Below the pieces are notes generated by a model. That model ran no database searches. It was not told the origin of the DNA and was given only the letters and a program-made list of their open reading frames with translations. The position numbers and the translations under genes are program-made. Shown one piece after another: positions 29,351 through 39,139 of a stretch of DNA of 45,185 nucleotides. This DNA comes from Candidatus Bathyarchaeota archaeon. Lineage in GTDB: Archaea > Thermoproteota > Bathyarchaeia > TCS64. Within the stretch, counting starts at the first letter, position 1. Each line of letters starts with the position of its first letter. Location: contig JBDRQD010000072.1 of NCBI GenBank assembly GCA_043826455.1, positions 1-45,185 of the forward strand, in the 5' to 3' direction.

Positions 29351-30022
29351 CCGCTTCTCACGTAGACGCGCTTCCTTGATCACGTAGCGGCCGCTCAAAC
29401 CGTCCCAGGTCTTCTCAACTTTAGAGACGACCACCTTCTTCATGAACCAGGGAGCGTCCACAACCAGGCTCTCGTACTCTCCACCCTCGCCGCAGGGGTC
29501 CACCCCGTAGTCCTTCCGGAGCCTCAGCAACTGGTTCACGGTCTCCATATTAAGCTCCTTTCCTAGCCAAGACTCGTCTAACCCGTGGGCGGCTACGGCG
29601 GTAATGATGACTCTCATATCCTCAACCAGGATCTGCATGAGAAGCTCAGCCCTATCACGGCCCCAGAGGGGTGAGACGTGGGCGAGCCCCAGTTCGCGGC
29701 ACACCCGGTCAACCCGGTCCCTCTGGTAGGTGGACGCTATGGCGCCAGATACCACGCCATCCACGTCCAGCCCCGCTAGGACGGACTTCAGGTCCTCAAT
29801 CTCTCTCTCCTTCTCCCCCGCGGTCCTGGCCTCCACCCACCTCTTGCCCCAGGCCTCCGCCTGGAGCCTGGTGGTGTCGATGTTCACCGTGTGGAACATG
29901 TAGCTGTCCGGGTTCTCAGACCTCATGGTTACAAGGTAGGCGACTTCGTGGCCCATCTGCTCGGCCAGCCTGGCCGATAGGACGCTGTCCTTTCCGCCGC
30001 TGAATAGAGCCGCTAACCGCAT
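29339..30022 (-). CDS. dph6: Diphthine--ammonia ligase (Dph6/MJ0570 family)
   Basis: PP-loop LFSGGKDS, SYMFH, SGAIASTYQ, PLWG and CGEGGEYES. Confidence 0.9.
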   Translation of the reverse strand: MRLAALFSGGKDSVLSARLAEQMGHEVAYLVTMRSENPDSYMFHTVNIDTTRLQAEAWGKRWVEARTAGEKEREIEDLKSVLAGLDVDGVVSGAIASTYQRDRVDRVCRELGLAHVSPLWGRDRAELLMQILVEDMRVIITAVAAHGLDESWLGKELNMETVNQLLRLRKDYGVDPCGEGGEYESLVVDAPWFMKKVVVSKVEKTWDGLSGRYVIKEARLREKRSGS

Positions 30023-30023
30023 C

Positions 30024-30983
30024 CTAGATCACGACGGGGTTGTCTGGTCTATGGCCCGTGAGCACCTTGTAGACGCCCTCGGCCACCTGGACAGCCATCC
30101 TCTGCATCCCCTCCAGGTTGCTGGCACCCAGGTGGGGCGTTAGGATGACGTTGTTCATGGTGCGCAGGGGACTGTCCGCGGGCAGGGGCTCCTTCTCGAA
30201 GACGTCCAGCGCCGCTGCCCTGATCTTGCCGGATTTCAGCGCCCTGGTCAGGGCCTCCTCGTCGATGACCCGGCCCCGGGCCGTGTTCACGATGATGACG
30301 CCCGCCTTCATGAGGCCCAGCTCTCGTTCACCGATGATGTGGTGGGTATCGGTTGTGCCTGGGAGGTGGAGGCTGATGATGTCGCTGCGACTTAAAAGCT
30401 CGTCCAGCTCCATCCACCTGATGCCCAGCTTCTCCTCGGTCTCAGGCTTTCTGGTCCTAGACCAGTACGCCACCTCGGCGTCGAAGGCCTTGAGCCTCTT
30501 GGCGGTGGCTGCGCCGATCCTGCCCAGCCCCACTACGCCCACGGTCTTGCCCGCCAGCTCCAAGCCTATGAGGTCGCCATACTTCCTGTTCCACTGGCCC
30601 GCCCGCACGGCCTTGTCCGCGGCGACGACGTTGCGGAAGGCCGCCAGGGTAAGCGCCATGGCCATCTCGGCCACCGTCACCGTCAACGCGTCCGGGGTGT
30701 TGCACACCACCCTCCCCAGTTCCTCCGCCGCCTTGAGGTCCACGTGGTCGCAGCCGATACCGTGGACACCCACCACCCGGAGCCTGGCGCTTCTCTCCAT
30801 CATCTCCCTGGTGACCTTGATGCTGCCCCGGGTGATGAGGCCGTCTGTGTCCCCCACCCGGTCCAGGAGGTCCTCCTCCTTGCTGCCCGGGGGAAGTTCC
30901 ACGACCTCCACGCCCTTATCCCGCAGGTACTCCACGCCCTTCACATTGATGGGCTCCGTGACAATAACCCTGAACTTGGACAT
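30024..30983 (-). CDS. D-isomer-specific 2-hydroxyacid dehydrogenase (phosphoglycerate-dehydrogenase-like, no ACT domain)
   Basis: GVVGLGRIG, VNTARG, LDVFEKEP and TPHLGAS. Confidence 0.92.
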   Translation of the reverse strand: MSKFRVIVTEPINVKGVEYLRDKGVEVVELPPGSKEEDLLDRVGDTDGLITRGSIKVTREMMERSARLRVVGVHGIGCDHVDLKAAEELGRVVCNTPDALTVTVAEMAMALTLAAFRNVVAADKAVRAGQWNRKYGDLIGLELAGKTVGVVGLGRIGAATAKRLKAFDAEVAYWSRTRKPETEEKLGIRWMELDELLSRSDIISLHLPGTTDTHHIIGERELGLMKAGVIIVNTARGRVIDEEALTRALKSGKIRAAALDVFEKEPLPADSPLRTMNNVILTPHLGASNLEGMQRMAVQVAEGVYKVLTGHRPDNPVVI

Positions 30984-31016
30984 AATGACACTGGAAGGAC
31001 TAGACTCTAATAATGG

Positions 31017-32192
31017 TTAAGGGTTGAGGTTGCGCGTAGGTCTCCGCCTGCCGTGCCTGGGCTTCTTCTCACGCTCCTTCTTGGCCCGGGCAAACACCTT
31101 CTCCAGGGCCGCCACCAGTCCGTCGAAGGCCTCCATGAGGCCCCAGCCCTCGTTCTCGGCGTTGAAGCTCACCTCCGGGCCCAGGGCCCTGGCCGTGAGG
31201 CTGTACCTGGTGCGCTCACCCTGGGTCCTCTGCTTCTTTACCGTGATCCGTACCTCCGTTATCCCGGGGTGCATCCGGAGGCTCTTTACAGCCACGCGGC
31301 GCACCTTCTCCTCGGCCACGGCCCTCTCGAAGAAGTCCTCCTCCGTGATGCCCACTATGTAGACGGGGAGCACCTCCTCGTCCCTAAGGTTGTACACATG
31401 TTGCAGAAGCTCCCGGGGCGTGATGATGCCCAGGACAACGCCCTCCTCGTCCACCATGACGCAGGCGCTCTTATCCCGCCTGGTCATCTCCTTGGCCACC
31501 TGAAGGGCGTTGGCCTCGCTGCCCACGGTGAGGGGCTGGGTGTCCATGACGCCGCTCACCTGGCCCGGAAGCTTGGATACCTTCTCCCCCACCCTGTCTC
31601 CCCGTTTGGTCTTGCCGGCGGGGGCTATGAAGGCGTGGACTATGTCCTTGGCGGTGATGACCCCCCTCAGCTTTCCGTCCCTGGTCACGGGTATGTGGCT
31701 TATGCCATTGTCCAGCATGAGGCTCCGTGCCTGGGCTACCCCGTCCTCCGAGGTGAGGGTGGTGACGGGGGACCTCATGATGTCCTTGGCGGCCACATCC
31801 TTGAGCTCGCTGACGCCGGTCAACGCGTCCAGGAGGTCCGACTGGCTGATGATGCCCTTCACCTCCCCCCGCTCCACCACGGGCAGAGCCCTGACGCCGT
31901 TCTCTATGAGGGTCTCCGCCACCTCGATGACCGTGAACCCCGGGTCCACTGCCCCCACCTGCTCCCAGATGCTCTCCACCTTGGTGCGGTCAGGCTGGTC
32001 AACCCCCAGCAGGTCGCGGACCGTGACGATGCCCACGCGGCCCCCGCCTGAGGCCACGGCCTCGTACCGGCCCGTGTCCTTCAGGTACCCCAGCACCTTG
32101 CTGGCCTGGTCGTCGGGGCTGAACACGCTCCCCGGGTTGTGGAAAAGCTCGGTAATCTGTGTCTCGGCTAACTCTACAAGTGTCTTTGTCAA
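31017..32192 (-). CDS. Four-CBS-domain protein with C-terminal HPF/RaiA-like domain (putative ribosome hibernation factor)
   Basis: CBS motifs GIVTVRDLL, LPVV..GIISQSDLL, IPV..GVITAKDI and GIITPRELL. The last ~115 aa follow the HPF beta-alpha-beta-beta-beta-alpha pattern. Confidence 0.85.
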   Translation of the reverse strand: MTKTLVELAETQITELFHNPGSVFSPDDQASKVLGYLKDTGRYEAVASGGGRVGIVTVRDLLGVDQPDRTKVESIWEQVGAVDPGFTVIEVAETLIENGVRALPVVERGEVKGIISQSDLLDALTGVSELKDVAAKDIMRSPVTTLTSEDGVAQARSLMLDNGISHIPVTRDGKLRGVITAKDIVHAFIAPAGKTKRGDRVGEKVSKLPGQVSGVMDTQPLTVGSEANALQVAKEMTRRDKSACVMVDEEGVVLGIITPRELLQHVYNLRDEEVLPVYIVGITEEDFFERAVAEEKVRRVAVKSLRMHPGITEVRITVKKQRTQGERTRYSLTARALGPEVSFNAENEGWGLMEAFDGLVAALEKVFARAKKEREKKPRHGRRRPTRNLNP

Positions 32193-32294
32193 GATCAGAA
32201 ACCCGGTACATTATTGGGGGCAGGCGGGATAAATAGATATCACTCCCCCTGGCAACAACTTTAAACCGACCCCCCGCTCCGTGAGTAGCGAACC

Positions 32295-33032
32295 ATGTGC
32301 ACCCTCATCCTACTGTACAGGCTCCTAGAGGACTACCCCATCATAGCCCTCCACAACAGGTACATGGGCAGGGACACCGCTGAGATGCCCCCGCAGAGGA
32401 TCGGTGACGTTGTCTGCCCCATGGACGTGTCCTCAGGGGGAACCTGGATCGGCTATAACAGCCGCGGCCTGCTGCTGGCCGTGACCAACCAGGAGACCCA
32501 GACCCTGGACAAGCCGGGCCGGAGCCGTGGCCTACTGGCACTGGACATCCTGGCTGACTGCAGCACAGCCGACGAGGCCAAAGACGTGTTGCTGGACCCA
32601 GGCAACAGGAAGCCGTATCGGACGGGCAACTTCGCCGCCGTGGACGCCTGCAAAGCTTATCACGTGGTGTGGGACGGCGGAACCCACCTGTTCTCAGTCA
32701 GGCCCGGAGTGTATGCCATGGGCACCGTAACCCTTGTCCCCGAGGTGGAGTGGAGCGACCGCAGCCGAAGAATCTACGAGAGCTCCGAGAAGAGGGTCAG
32801 GAGGGCCCACCAGCTTCTGGACGATTACAGGCCGAGGAGCGTGGAGGAGGCCATCAGCACATTGATGAGGGTCTCAGCCGACCACCACAACGGCAAATCG
32901 GAGTCCAGCATCTGTTTCCACCACCCTGAGCACAGGCAGACCAGCAGCACCATCATGGCCCTCGGGGAGAAGCCCGGGGTCCTCTACTGCCCGGGCAACC
33001 ACTGCGAGAACCCCTACACCGACTATAGCTAA
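32295..33032 (+). CDS. NRDE/TANGO2-family protein (Ntn-hydrolase-like)
   Basis: N-terminal MCT, HNR, D..SGGTWIG.N, VTN, RSRGLL and TSST. Confidence 0.85.
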   Translation: MCTLILLYRLLEDYPIIALHNRYMGRDTAEMPPQRIGDVVCPMDVSSGGTWIGYNSRGLLLAVTNQETQTLDKPGRSRGLLALDILADCSTADEAKDVLLDPGNRKPYRTGNFAAVDACKAYHVVWDGGTHLFSVRPGVYAMGTVTLVPEVEWSDRSRRIYESSEKRVRRAHQLLDDYRPRSVEEAISTLMRVSADHHNGKSESSICFHHPEHRQTSSTIMALGEKPGVLYCPGNHCENPYTDYS

Positions 33033-33083
33033 ACTCATCCCATCCGATAACCATATCTCGTTAGCCCTACTACCTAATTTCAA

Positions 33084-33785
33084 GTGAAAACAGTGAGCCG
33101 GATAGGGCTGCTCCTCCCGTCAAGCAACACCACCATGGAGCCCGACTTCGTCAGGATGGCGCCGGATGGCGTCACAGTCCACTCGGCCAGAATGCTCCTG
33201 GAGGACGTGACCCCTGTGAGCCTGGAGAGGATGGCCGGGGAAGCCGAGCAGGCTGCAAGGCTGCTATCCACGGCGGACGTGGACCTCATGGTCTACGGCT
33301 GCACATCAGGCAGCCTCATCAGAGGTGTGGAGTGGGAGGAGAGCCTGGTCCAAAGAATTGAGGCAGCCTCCGACACCCCGACCGTGACCACGGCGGGAGC
33401 CGTAGTTGAAGCCCTCAGAGCCATCGGCGCCCGAAAAATCTGGGTCTTCACGCCCTACGCGGACCCTATCAACCGGCTTGAGAAGACGTTTCTGGAGGCC
33501 CACGGCTTCCAGGTGGCCTCAATCAGGGGTCTGGGCCTCGTGGACAACCTGAAGATCGGGAGAGTCACTTCGGCGGAGATAGAGAGGCTTGTAGACCCGG
33601 GACCGGGGGCCGACTGCCTTTTCATCAGCTGCACCAACCTCCCCGCCGTACCACTAGTCCAAGCCCTGGAGGAAAGGCACCAAAAGCCCGTGGTCACCAG
33701 CAACCAGGCCTCCATGTGGGCCGCCCTCAAGAGGCTCGGCAAACCAGGCGTCGAAGGATACGGGAACCTACTCAGAATCAACTAG
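33084..33785 (+). CDS. Maleate cis-trans isomerase / Asp-Glu racemase family protein
   Basis: IGLLLPSSNTTME, YGCTSGS, TPY, ISCTNL and PVVTSNQA. Both catalytic Cys are present. Confidence 0.9.
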   Translation: MKTVSRIGLLLPSSNTTMEPDFVRMAPDGVTVHSARMLLEDVTPVSLERMAGEAEQAARLLSTADVDLMVYGCTSGSLIRGVEWEESLVQRIEAASDTPTVTTAGAVVEALRAIGARKIWVFTPYADPINRLEKTFLEAHGFQVASIRGLGLVDNLKIGRVTSAEIERLVDPGPGADCLFISCTNLPAVPLVQALEERHQKPVVTSNQASMWAALKRLGKPGVEGYGNLLRIN

Positions 33786-33833
33786 GTTAAAAAACAGGGA
33801 ATTCCCAGCCACTGGGAACAAAAAAGGGGGAGA

Positions 33834-34811
33834 CTAGATCTCCTTCCCGACCTTCTTCTCCTTGGCCAGCTGGTACACCTTATGGGCCGTGCCCACGTCC
33901 TGGATGGCCAGGCCTGTAGCCTTGAAGACCGTGATCTCGTCGGGCTTCTCCCTGCCAGGCTTCTTCCCGGCGACGATGGTACCCAGCTGGGCGTAGATGC
34001 TGTCCTCGGTGATGACGCCCTCCTCCTTGGGGACCCTGAAGTCGCCCGTGACGAAGGCCTGGGGAACAAAGTCCACTACCAGCTTACTGGCCTTCTTGAT
34101 GACGCTGGTCATGAGCTCCCGCTTGGCTCCGGTATCAGCTCCTATGGCTGAGACGTGGGCGCCCTTCTTAATCCAGGCACCGTCCAGGAACGCCTCCGGG
34201 CTGGGGGTGCACGTGATGACGATGTCGCTGTCAGTGGCTGCCTCCTTGGCGCTGGTCACGGCGACGAACTCCACCTTGGGGTACAATTTCTTCATCTCCT
34301 CCACGAAAGCCTTCTTAGCCTCCGGGATGATGTCGAAGACCTTCACCTTCTGGATGCCGGGGCGGACCTCCATGAGGCCCATGACCTGGCTCTTGCCCTG
34401 GACGCCCGCGCCGCAGACGCCTGCCACCTTGCTGTCCTTCCTGCTCAGGTACTTGATGCCTGTGGCTCCGGCGGCTCCTGTCCTGAGGGCCGTGATATAG
34501 GTGCCGTCCATGATGGCCAGGGGCACCCCATTCTCGGGGCTGTTGAGGATGATGCGCGCGATGACAGCGGGCAGTCCGTAGTCTTTCTTGTTGCCGGGGT
34601 GAACGGTGACGATCTTCGTTCCCGCGGCGTTGAGGCCCGGCATGTAGGCCGGCATGGCGATGAGTACGCCCTTCTCGAAGTGGAGATAGACCCTGGGGGG
34701 CATCTCTATCTTGTCGTTGCCCATCTCCTTGAAGGCGCTCTCCACAGCCTCCAGGGTGCTCTTCATGTCCAGAACCTTCTGGACCTCTTCCTGCGTGAGA
34801 TATAGAGTCAT
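33834..34811 (-). CDS. Ornithine cyclodeaminase/mu-crystallin family, likely archaeal alanine dehydrogenase
   Basis: MPPR.YL, MPAY, KIVTVHPGN, ITALRTGAAG, GAGVQ, AIGAD and TGLAIQD. Confidence 0.88.
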   Translation of the reverse strand: MTLYLTQEEVQKVLDMKSTLEAVESAFKEMGNDKIEMPPRVYLHFEKGVLIAMPAYMPGLNAAGTKIVTVHPGNKKDYGLPAVIARIILNSPENGVPLAIMDGTYITALRTGAAGATGIKYLSRKDSKVAGVCGAGVQGKSQVMGLMEVRPGIQKVKVFDIIPEAKKAFVEEMKKLYPKVEFVAVTSAKEAATDSDIVITCTPSPEAFLDGAWIKKGAHVSAIGADTGAKRELMTSVIKKASKLVVDFVPQAFVTGDFRVPKEEGVITEDSIYAQLGTIVAGKKPGREKPDEITVFKATGLAIQDVGTAHKVYQLAKEKKVGKEI

Positions 34812-35069
34812 AACGATTCAACCAAGAGTGGGTGTGCCACGTTTTTAATGATTTCGAGAGGCAGCCCCATATGCACATTGTTCCCTTCACCATCAATCAT
34901 CAGTAATAGTCTACACTTTGTTACTCTGTTAATGAAAATGTCTCCAATATATGGGACTATTAATGGTATTGAGGGCTTGCCTATAATCCGTGCAGGTTCC
35001 TTCGTGGCGTTGTAGCAGGCAAATGTTAACTACTGGTGAAGACATCAATGTATTCTAGAGCAAGGGGAC

Positions 35070-35615
35070 ATGTTACGTCTACCTCTCTTCTCCAACGCGC
35101 CCACAGCAGAGCCAACCCCACCCCGTGTCCCCACAGAGGAGCAAGACTTGTTGAAGGCAGAACCCACTGGTACCGGGTACGTGTACGATGACAGGTTTTT
35201 CAACAGCTACCAGGAGGTCCAGTGCTACAGGTACCTGAAGCATCTGGGCATACCCCCCGGAAAGGTCCACCACGAGTACCGGGTGGGGGACAACCGCTTC
35301 GACTTCTTCCCCCTGAGGCGCGTATTCTGGGAGCACCACCCCATTAACCTGAAGCTGGGCCACGACATATACAAGTACGGGAAGAGGCGGAGGGCGATCC
35401 TTGACGCCAATGGCTACGAGCATATACCCCTGGTGGTATCGGACATCATGTTCGAGGACGTCACAGACATCTACAAACTGATGAGGGACCACCAGGTGGA
35501 CTTCCGGACCGGCGACGTCCCCGGGGACAGAGGCATCGTGTACGTGAAGAGCTACGAGGACGAGTGGAGGGACGTCATGTTCAACGTCCTTTGCGAGACC
35601 CTGGTTATGGACTAG
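35070..35615 (+). CDS. Hypothetical protein, PD-(D/E)xK / Vsr-DUF559-like nuclease fold suspected
   Basis: FNSYQE..CY.YL..LGI...HEYRVG..RFDF......WEHH...RR..L...GY. Confidence 0.6.
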   Translation: MLRLPLFSNAPTAEPTPPRVPTEEQDLLKAEPTGTGYVYDDRFFNSYQEVQCYRYLKHLGIPPGKVHHEYRVGDNRFDFFPLRRVFWEHHPINLKLGHDIYKYGKRRRAILDANGYEHIPLVVSDIMFEDVTDIYKLMRDHQVDFRTGDVPGDRGIVYVKSYEDEWRDVMFNVLCETLVMD

Positions 35616-36373
35616 GGTGTGAACTTGCCGCCGTCGGTGAACACCCTCATGAGGTCCGCGTAGAGATCGTTGAAGCCCTCGTTGGTTGAGCTCGAGACGG
35701 GTATGGGGCTGAACTCGACGCCCAGCCTCTCAATGACCTCTATCATGTCCTGGCTGATCATCCTGTTCATCCCCGTCAGCCGGGCGTCTATGGCCTCCTC
35801 CAGGAGGTACGGGTCCTCCGCCCAGCCCACGATGTCCTTCAGTTCTTCCTCCTTTAGGAGGTCCGTCTTGCTTATCAACTGGAACTGGGGCAGCAGGAAA
35901 CGGGTGTTGATGGCCGAGGCCAGGAACATGTTCATGACGTAGTTCAGTGGGTCCCTGCAGAAGACGCCGTCGAAGAGGTAGATGACCCCCTTCTCGGCGT
36001 CCGTCAGCTCTCGGGCTATCTGGGCTCCTATGTCACGGAAGGCGAAGAGCTCCATCTGGCCCGGAGTGTCCACAATGCAGATGTCCGGGGTGAAGTCCTC
36101 TATGTCGTTGCTCAGCTCCTGGACTATGCCTGCCATCATGTCGTGGGCCAGCATCAGGCCCCCGTTGGGGCCCAGCCCGTACTCCTCCATGAGGTCCTCC
36201 ACCTTGATGTATTCACGGACGTCCACGTTGGCCGCATAGGGCAGTATCAAGCTGCCCGGGTCAAGGTTCACGGCCATCACGTCCTCCCGGTGGTACTCCA
36301 GGAACCTGGTGAACTTGGCTGTGAAGGTGGACTTGCCGCAGCCCGCGGTTCCTAGAACGAAGACTAGATTCAA
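35612..36373 (-). CDS. GPN-loop GTPase
   Basis: GTAGCGKS, VNLDPG, YGLGPNGG, DTPGQMELF, SKTD and PVSS. The TTG start at 36373 overlaps the ino1 stop. Confidence 0.93.
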   Translation of the reverse strand: MNLVFVLGTAGCGKSTFTAKFTRFLEYHREDVMAVNLDPGSLILPYAANVDVREYIKVEDLMEEYGLGPNGGLMLAHDMMAGIVQELSNDIEDFTPDICIVDTPGQMELFAFRDIGAQIARELTDAEKGVIYLFDGVFCRDPLNYVMNMFLASAINTRFLLPQFQLISKTDLLKEEELKDIVGWAEDPYLLEEAIDARLTGMNRMISQDMIEVIERLGVEFSPIPVSSSTNEGFNDLYADLMRVFTDGGKFTP

Positions 36374-37419
36374 GGCTGTCCCTCGGCGAACTCCCTGAAT
36401 GACCTGTAGGCCTCCGCCAGCTTGAGCCGCTTGGGGGGCCGCTTGAAGCCGTAGGCGCAGACGGGTTCCACGGGGCCGCCCACGCCCTTGTCCATGGCGA
36501 TCTTCAGGCCCCTTATGGAGTCGATGAGTACGGCTCCTGCGTTGGGGGCGTCCTCGGTGCTCAGCTTCACGTCCATTGTGAAGCCCGCGCCACCGAAGTA
36601 GGTGCCCTTGACCCAGAAGAAGCTGTCCCTTCCGTTCACCAGGAAATCCACGAAGTCGGCTGAGCCTGAGACCAGGGGGAAGTCGTAGGGCACCGAGCTC
36701 TTCACTGTCTCCGTCTTTATGAGCCTCTTGGTGTCCCGGGTCTTCTCCAGGGTGTTTATGCTCTCCGAGCCTCCGCCCACGTCCAGTTGGTAGCTCTCCT
36801 CCACGTGGACGCCGCGGCTGTGCAGGAACTCCAGGAGCCCTATGTGGACGGCTGTGGCCCCCATCTGGCTCAGGATGTCGTCCCCAGCCATGGGCAGCCC
36901 GGCCCTCCTGTACGATGCGGATAATGTGAGGTCGTTGACTATACCCGAGGGTGTCGCGTTGATGAAACCGCACCCTGCTTTCAGGGCTTCCTCGGCGTAG
37001 TGCCTGCTGGCCTTATCGGAGCCCCCTGAGATGAGGTTCACCAGCAGGTCCGCCTCGGCGTCCTTGAGCGTCTTGGCAACATCGGTCGGCTTGCCCTGGG
37101 CTTTCTCTATGTGACTCATAGAGTTGTTCCCTACCTTGTCCGGGGCGGGGCCCACCTGGACCTTCACGCCTGCGCGCCCGACGTCCATGAACCTGGGCGC
37201 CTTGTTGGGCTCAGCGTGTATTGCGTCTGAGAGGTCCAGGCCCACCTTGTTACTGTCTATGTCGAAGGCCGCCACGAACCTGATGTCCCCAACACTGTAC
37301 TTGCCCAGCGTGGGGTGGAGCAGACCCAGCTTGCCGTCGCCCCTGTAGTATTCCACGCCCTGAACCAGGGCCGAGCAGCAGTTGCCCACCCCGGCGAGGG
37401 CTACACGTATCTCGCCCAA
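36370..37419 (-). CDS. ino1: myo-inositol-1-phosphate synthase
   Basis: GVGNCCSALVQG, FVAAFDID, GDDILSQMGAT, YQLDVGG and EDAPNAG. Confidence 0.85.
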   Translation of the reverse strand: MGEIRVALAGVGNCCSALVQGVEYYRGDGKLGLLHPTLGKYSVGDIRFVAAFDIDSNKVGLDLSDAIHAEPNKAPRFMDVGRAGVKVQVGPAPDKVGNNSMSHIEKAQGKPTDVAKTLKDAEADLLVNLISGGSDKASRHYAEEALKAGCGFINATPSGIVNDLTLSASYRRAGLPMAGDDILSQMGATAVHIGLLEFLHSRGVHVEESYQLDVGGGSESINTLEKTRDTKRLIKTETVKSSVPYDFPLVSGSADFVDFLVNGRDSFFWVKGTYFGGAGFTMDVKLSTEDAPNAGAVLIDSIRGLKIAMDKGVGGPVEPVCAYGFKRPPKRLKLAEAYRSFREFAEGQP

Positions 37420-37472
37420 CGCTTCTCACCGTCTACCTATGAACAAAGGCAACCAGTATACAAGGGTAACGT

Positions 37473-37937
37473 TCAGGGGCTCTCCTCGAGGGACTTGGTC
37501 ATAACGTAGCCGTCCTCGTCCCCGTAGTAGCCCTTGGCTTTCCTGAAGAAGCTGTAGCTTCTGTTAGAGTACAGTTTCTGAGCCGTGGTGTTGCTCTCCC
37601 GCACCTCCAGGTAGGCAGCCGTCGCCCCCATCTCCACGAACCTGCGCTCCAGCTCGTCCATGAGGGCCGAGCCGACTCCCCTATTCCTGTACGCCTCCCT
37701 GACGGCCAGGTTCATGACGTGGCCCAGCTTCCTACGGTTGGGCCTGGTGTCCACCTCGCCCACCGTGTAGCCTATGATCTCGTCGCCGTCGTGGGCTGTG
37801 AGGAAGAGCTCCGGGGAGGTGTGGGCCATGAGGCGGAAGAAGTTGCGGCTCCAAGGGGCGGGGTAGGACTCCACCTCGATCATGTACACGGCGTCTAGGT
37901 CCCTCATGTCCAGCTCCTTTATGATTAGTCCCTGCAA
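37473..37937 (-). CDS. rimI: RimI/Ard1-type protein N-acetyltransferase
   Basis: IEVESYPAPW, GHVMNLAV...YRNRGVG, LEVRESN..AQKLY and YYGDEDG. Confidence 0.88.
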   Translation of the reverse strand: MQGLIIKELDMRDLDAVYMIEVESYPAPWSRNFFRLMAHTSPELFLTAHDGDEIIGYTVGEVDTRPNRRKLGHVMNLAVREAYRNRGVGSALMDELERRFVEMGATAAYLEVRESNTTAQKLYSNRSYSFFRKAKGYYGDEDGYVMTKSLEESP

Positions 37938-38040
37938 CGTCGCTCCACCGGATACGTCATAGAAATTGCCTGTCACCCCCTGATAAAACCCGTGCATCCT
38001 ACCAGCTACCTATTTATGGCTGCCGCAGGGATGGGATACC

Positions 38041-39081
38041 ATGAGCCAGGGTTTGAGTAGACGACGCTGGGGCGGGATTCTCACGGCCTTAAGCTTGATA
38101 ATATTCGTCGCCTACCTGGCCTACACGAACCCCTTCAGCATCCTACTGGAGGCGGGTAGGTTCAACCCCTGGCTGTACATGTGGGCCGTCGTCATCGACT
38201 GGGTGGGCCTCCTGTTCCTGGCCGGGTCATGGTATATGCTCCTCAGAGCCATGGACGTAAGGTTGAGCCTCTGGAGAACCATCCAGGTGACCTTCGTCAG
38301 CCTCTTCGTGGTCTTCATCCTGCCCATACCCTCCGGGTTCGAGATCATCAGAGCCTACCTTGTGAAGAATGAGGAGGGGAGCAACGCGGGTAAGGCGGTG
38401 AGCTCCGTTATGGTGAGCAAGGTCTACTACTTCATCGGCTTCAGCGTCCTCCTCCTGGCTGCAGCCTTCATGGTCGTGGTGCTGGGGGGCGGAGAGATAC
38501 CCGTCAGGCCGGAGCTGGTCTGGTTCGTCGTAGGGTACGCTTTCTTGAACACCTTGATCTTCGGCGTCTTCCTCACCCCGAGGCTTCTGAGCCGGCTCTA
38601 TCGGGGGAGCCCCGGCTGGGTCCGGAGCAGGCTCCTGGACCGGGTATACCGCCCGGAGCTGGGGCTGGGGGGCTTCAACGCCTTCATCCATGAGATGGAC
38701 TGGGCTGTCCAGGCGCTGAGGCGCAGGCCCGTGGACAACCTTCTGAGCGTCCTCATGGTGGGGCTCCATTGGAGCTCGGGGGCCGTCACCACGTACTTGG
38801 TGGCGCTGAGCTTGGGGGTGTCCATCAGCCTCTGGGTGGTCATCCTCATCTACGGGGTCATCGAGTTCATCCAGCAGCTCAACGTGGTGGTGCCCAGCGG
38901 CCTGGGGGTGGTGGACGCTGGGCTCACGGGGGCCCTAACCGTCATCGGGGTTCCTCTCAGCGTGGCCGCTGCCATAAGCCTGTTGACGCGTCTGGCCACG
39001 TACTGGCTGGAACTGGTGATCTGCGGTTTGGTGAGTATCCGGTTCGGTTACAGGGAGGCGCTGGTGGATTACCTGGGCTAG
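38041..39081 (+). CDS. Lysylphosphatidylglycerol-synthase TM domain / flippase-like protein (UPF0104)
   Basis: Multi-pass membrane protein with PSGLGVVD and LLTRLATYW. Confidence 0.82.
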   Translation: MSQGLSRRRWGGILTALSLIIFVAYLAYTNPFSILLEAGRFNPWLYMWAVVIDWVGLLFLAGSWYMLLRAMDVRLSLWRTIQVTFVSLFVVFILPIPSGFEIIRAYLVKNEEGSNAGKAVSSVMVSKVYYFIGFSVLLLAAAFMVVVLGGGEIPVRPELVWFVVGYAFLNTLIFGVFLTPRLLSRLYRGSPGWVRSRLLDRVYRPELGLGGFNAFIHEMDWAVQALRRRPVDNLLSVLMVGLHWSSGAVTTYLVALSLGVSISLWVVILIYGVIEFIQQLNVVVPSGLGVVDAGLTGALTVIGVPLSVAAAISLLTRLATYWLELVICGLVSIRFGYREALVDYLG

Positions 39082-39139
39082 CCGTTACGCTAGCGATAAG
39101 CTTTTATTCCGCTGATCCCTGTATCGCTAGTGATTTAGT

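Noticed and set aside
36374..36973. Apparent 200-aa N-terminal extension of the GPN GTPase (453-aa ORF)
   Set aside because: It is a low-complexity alternative frame of ino1. The GTPase begins at TTG 36373.
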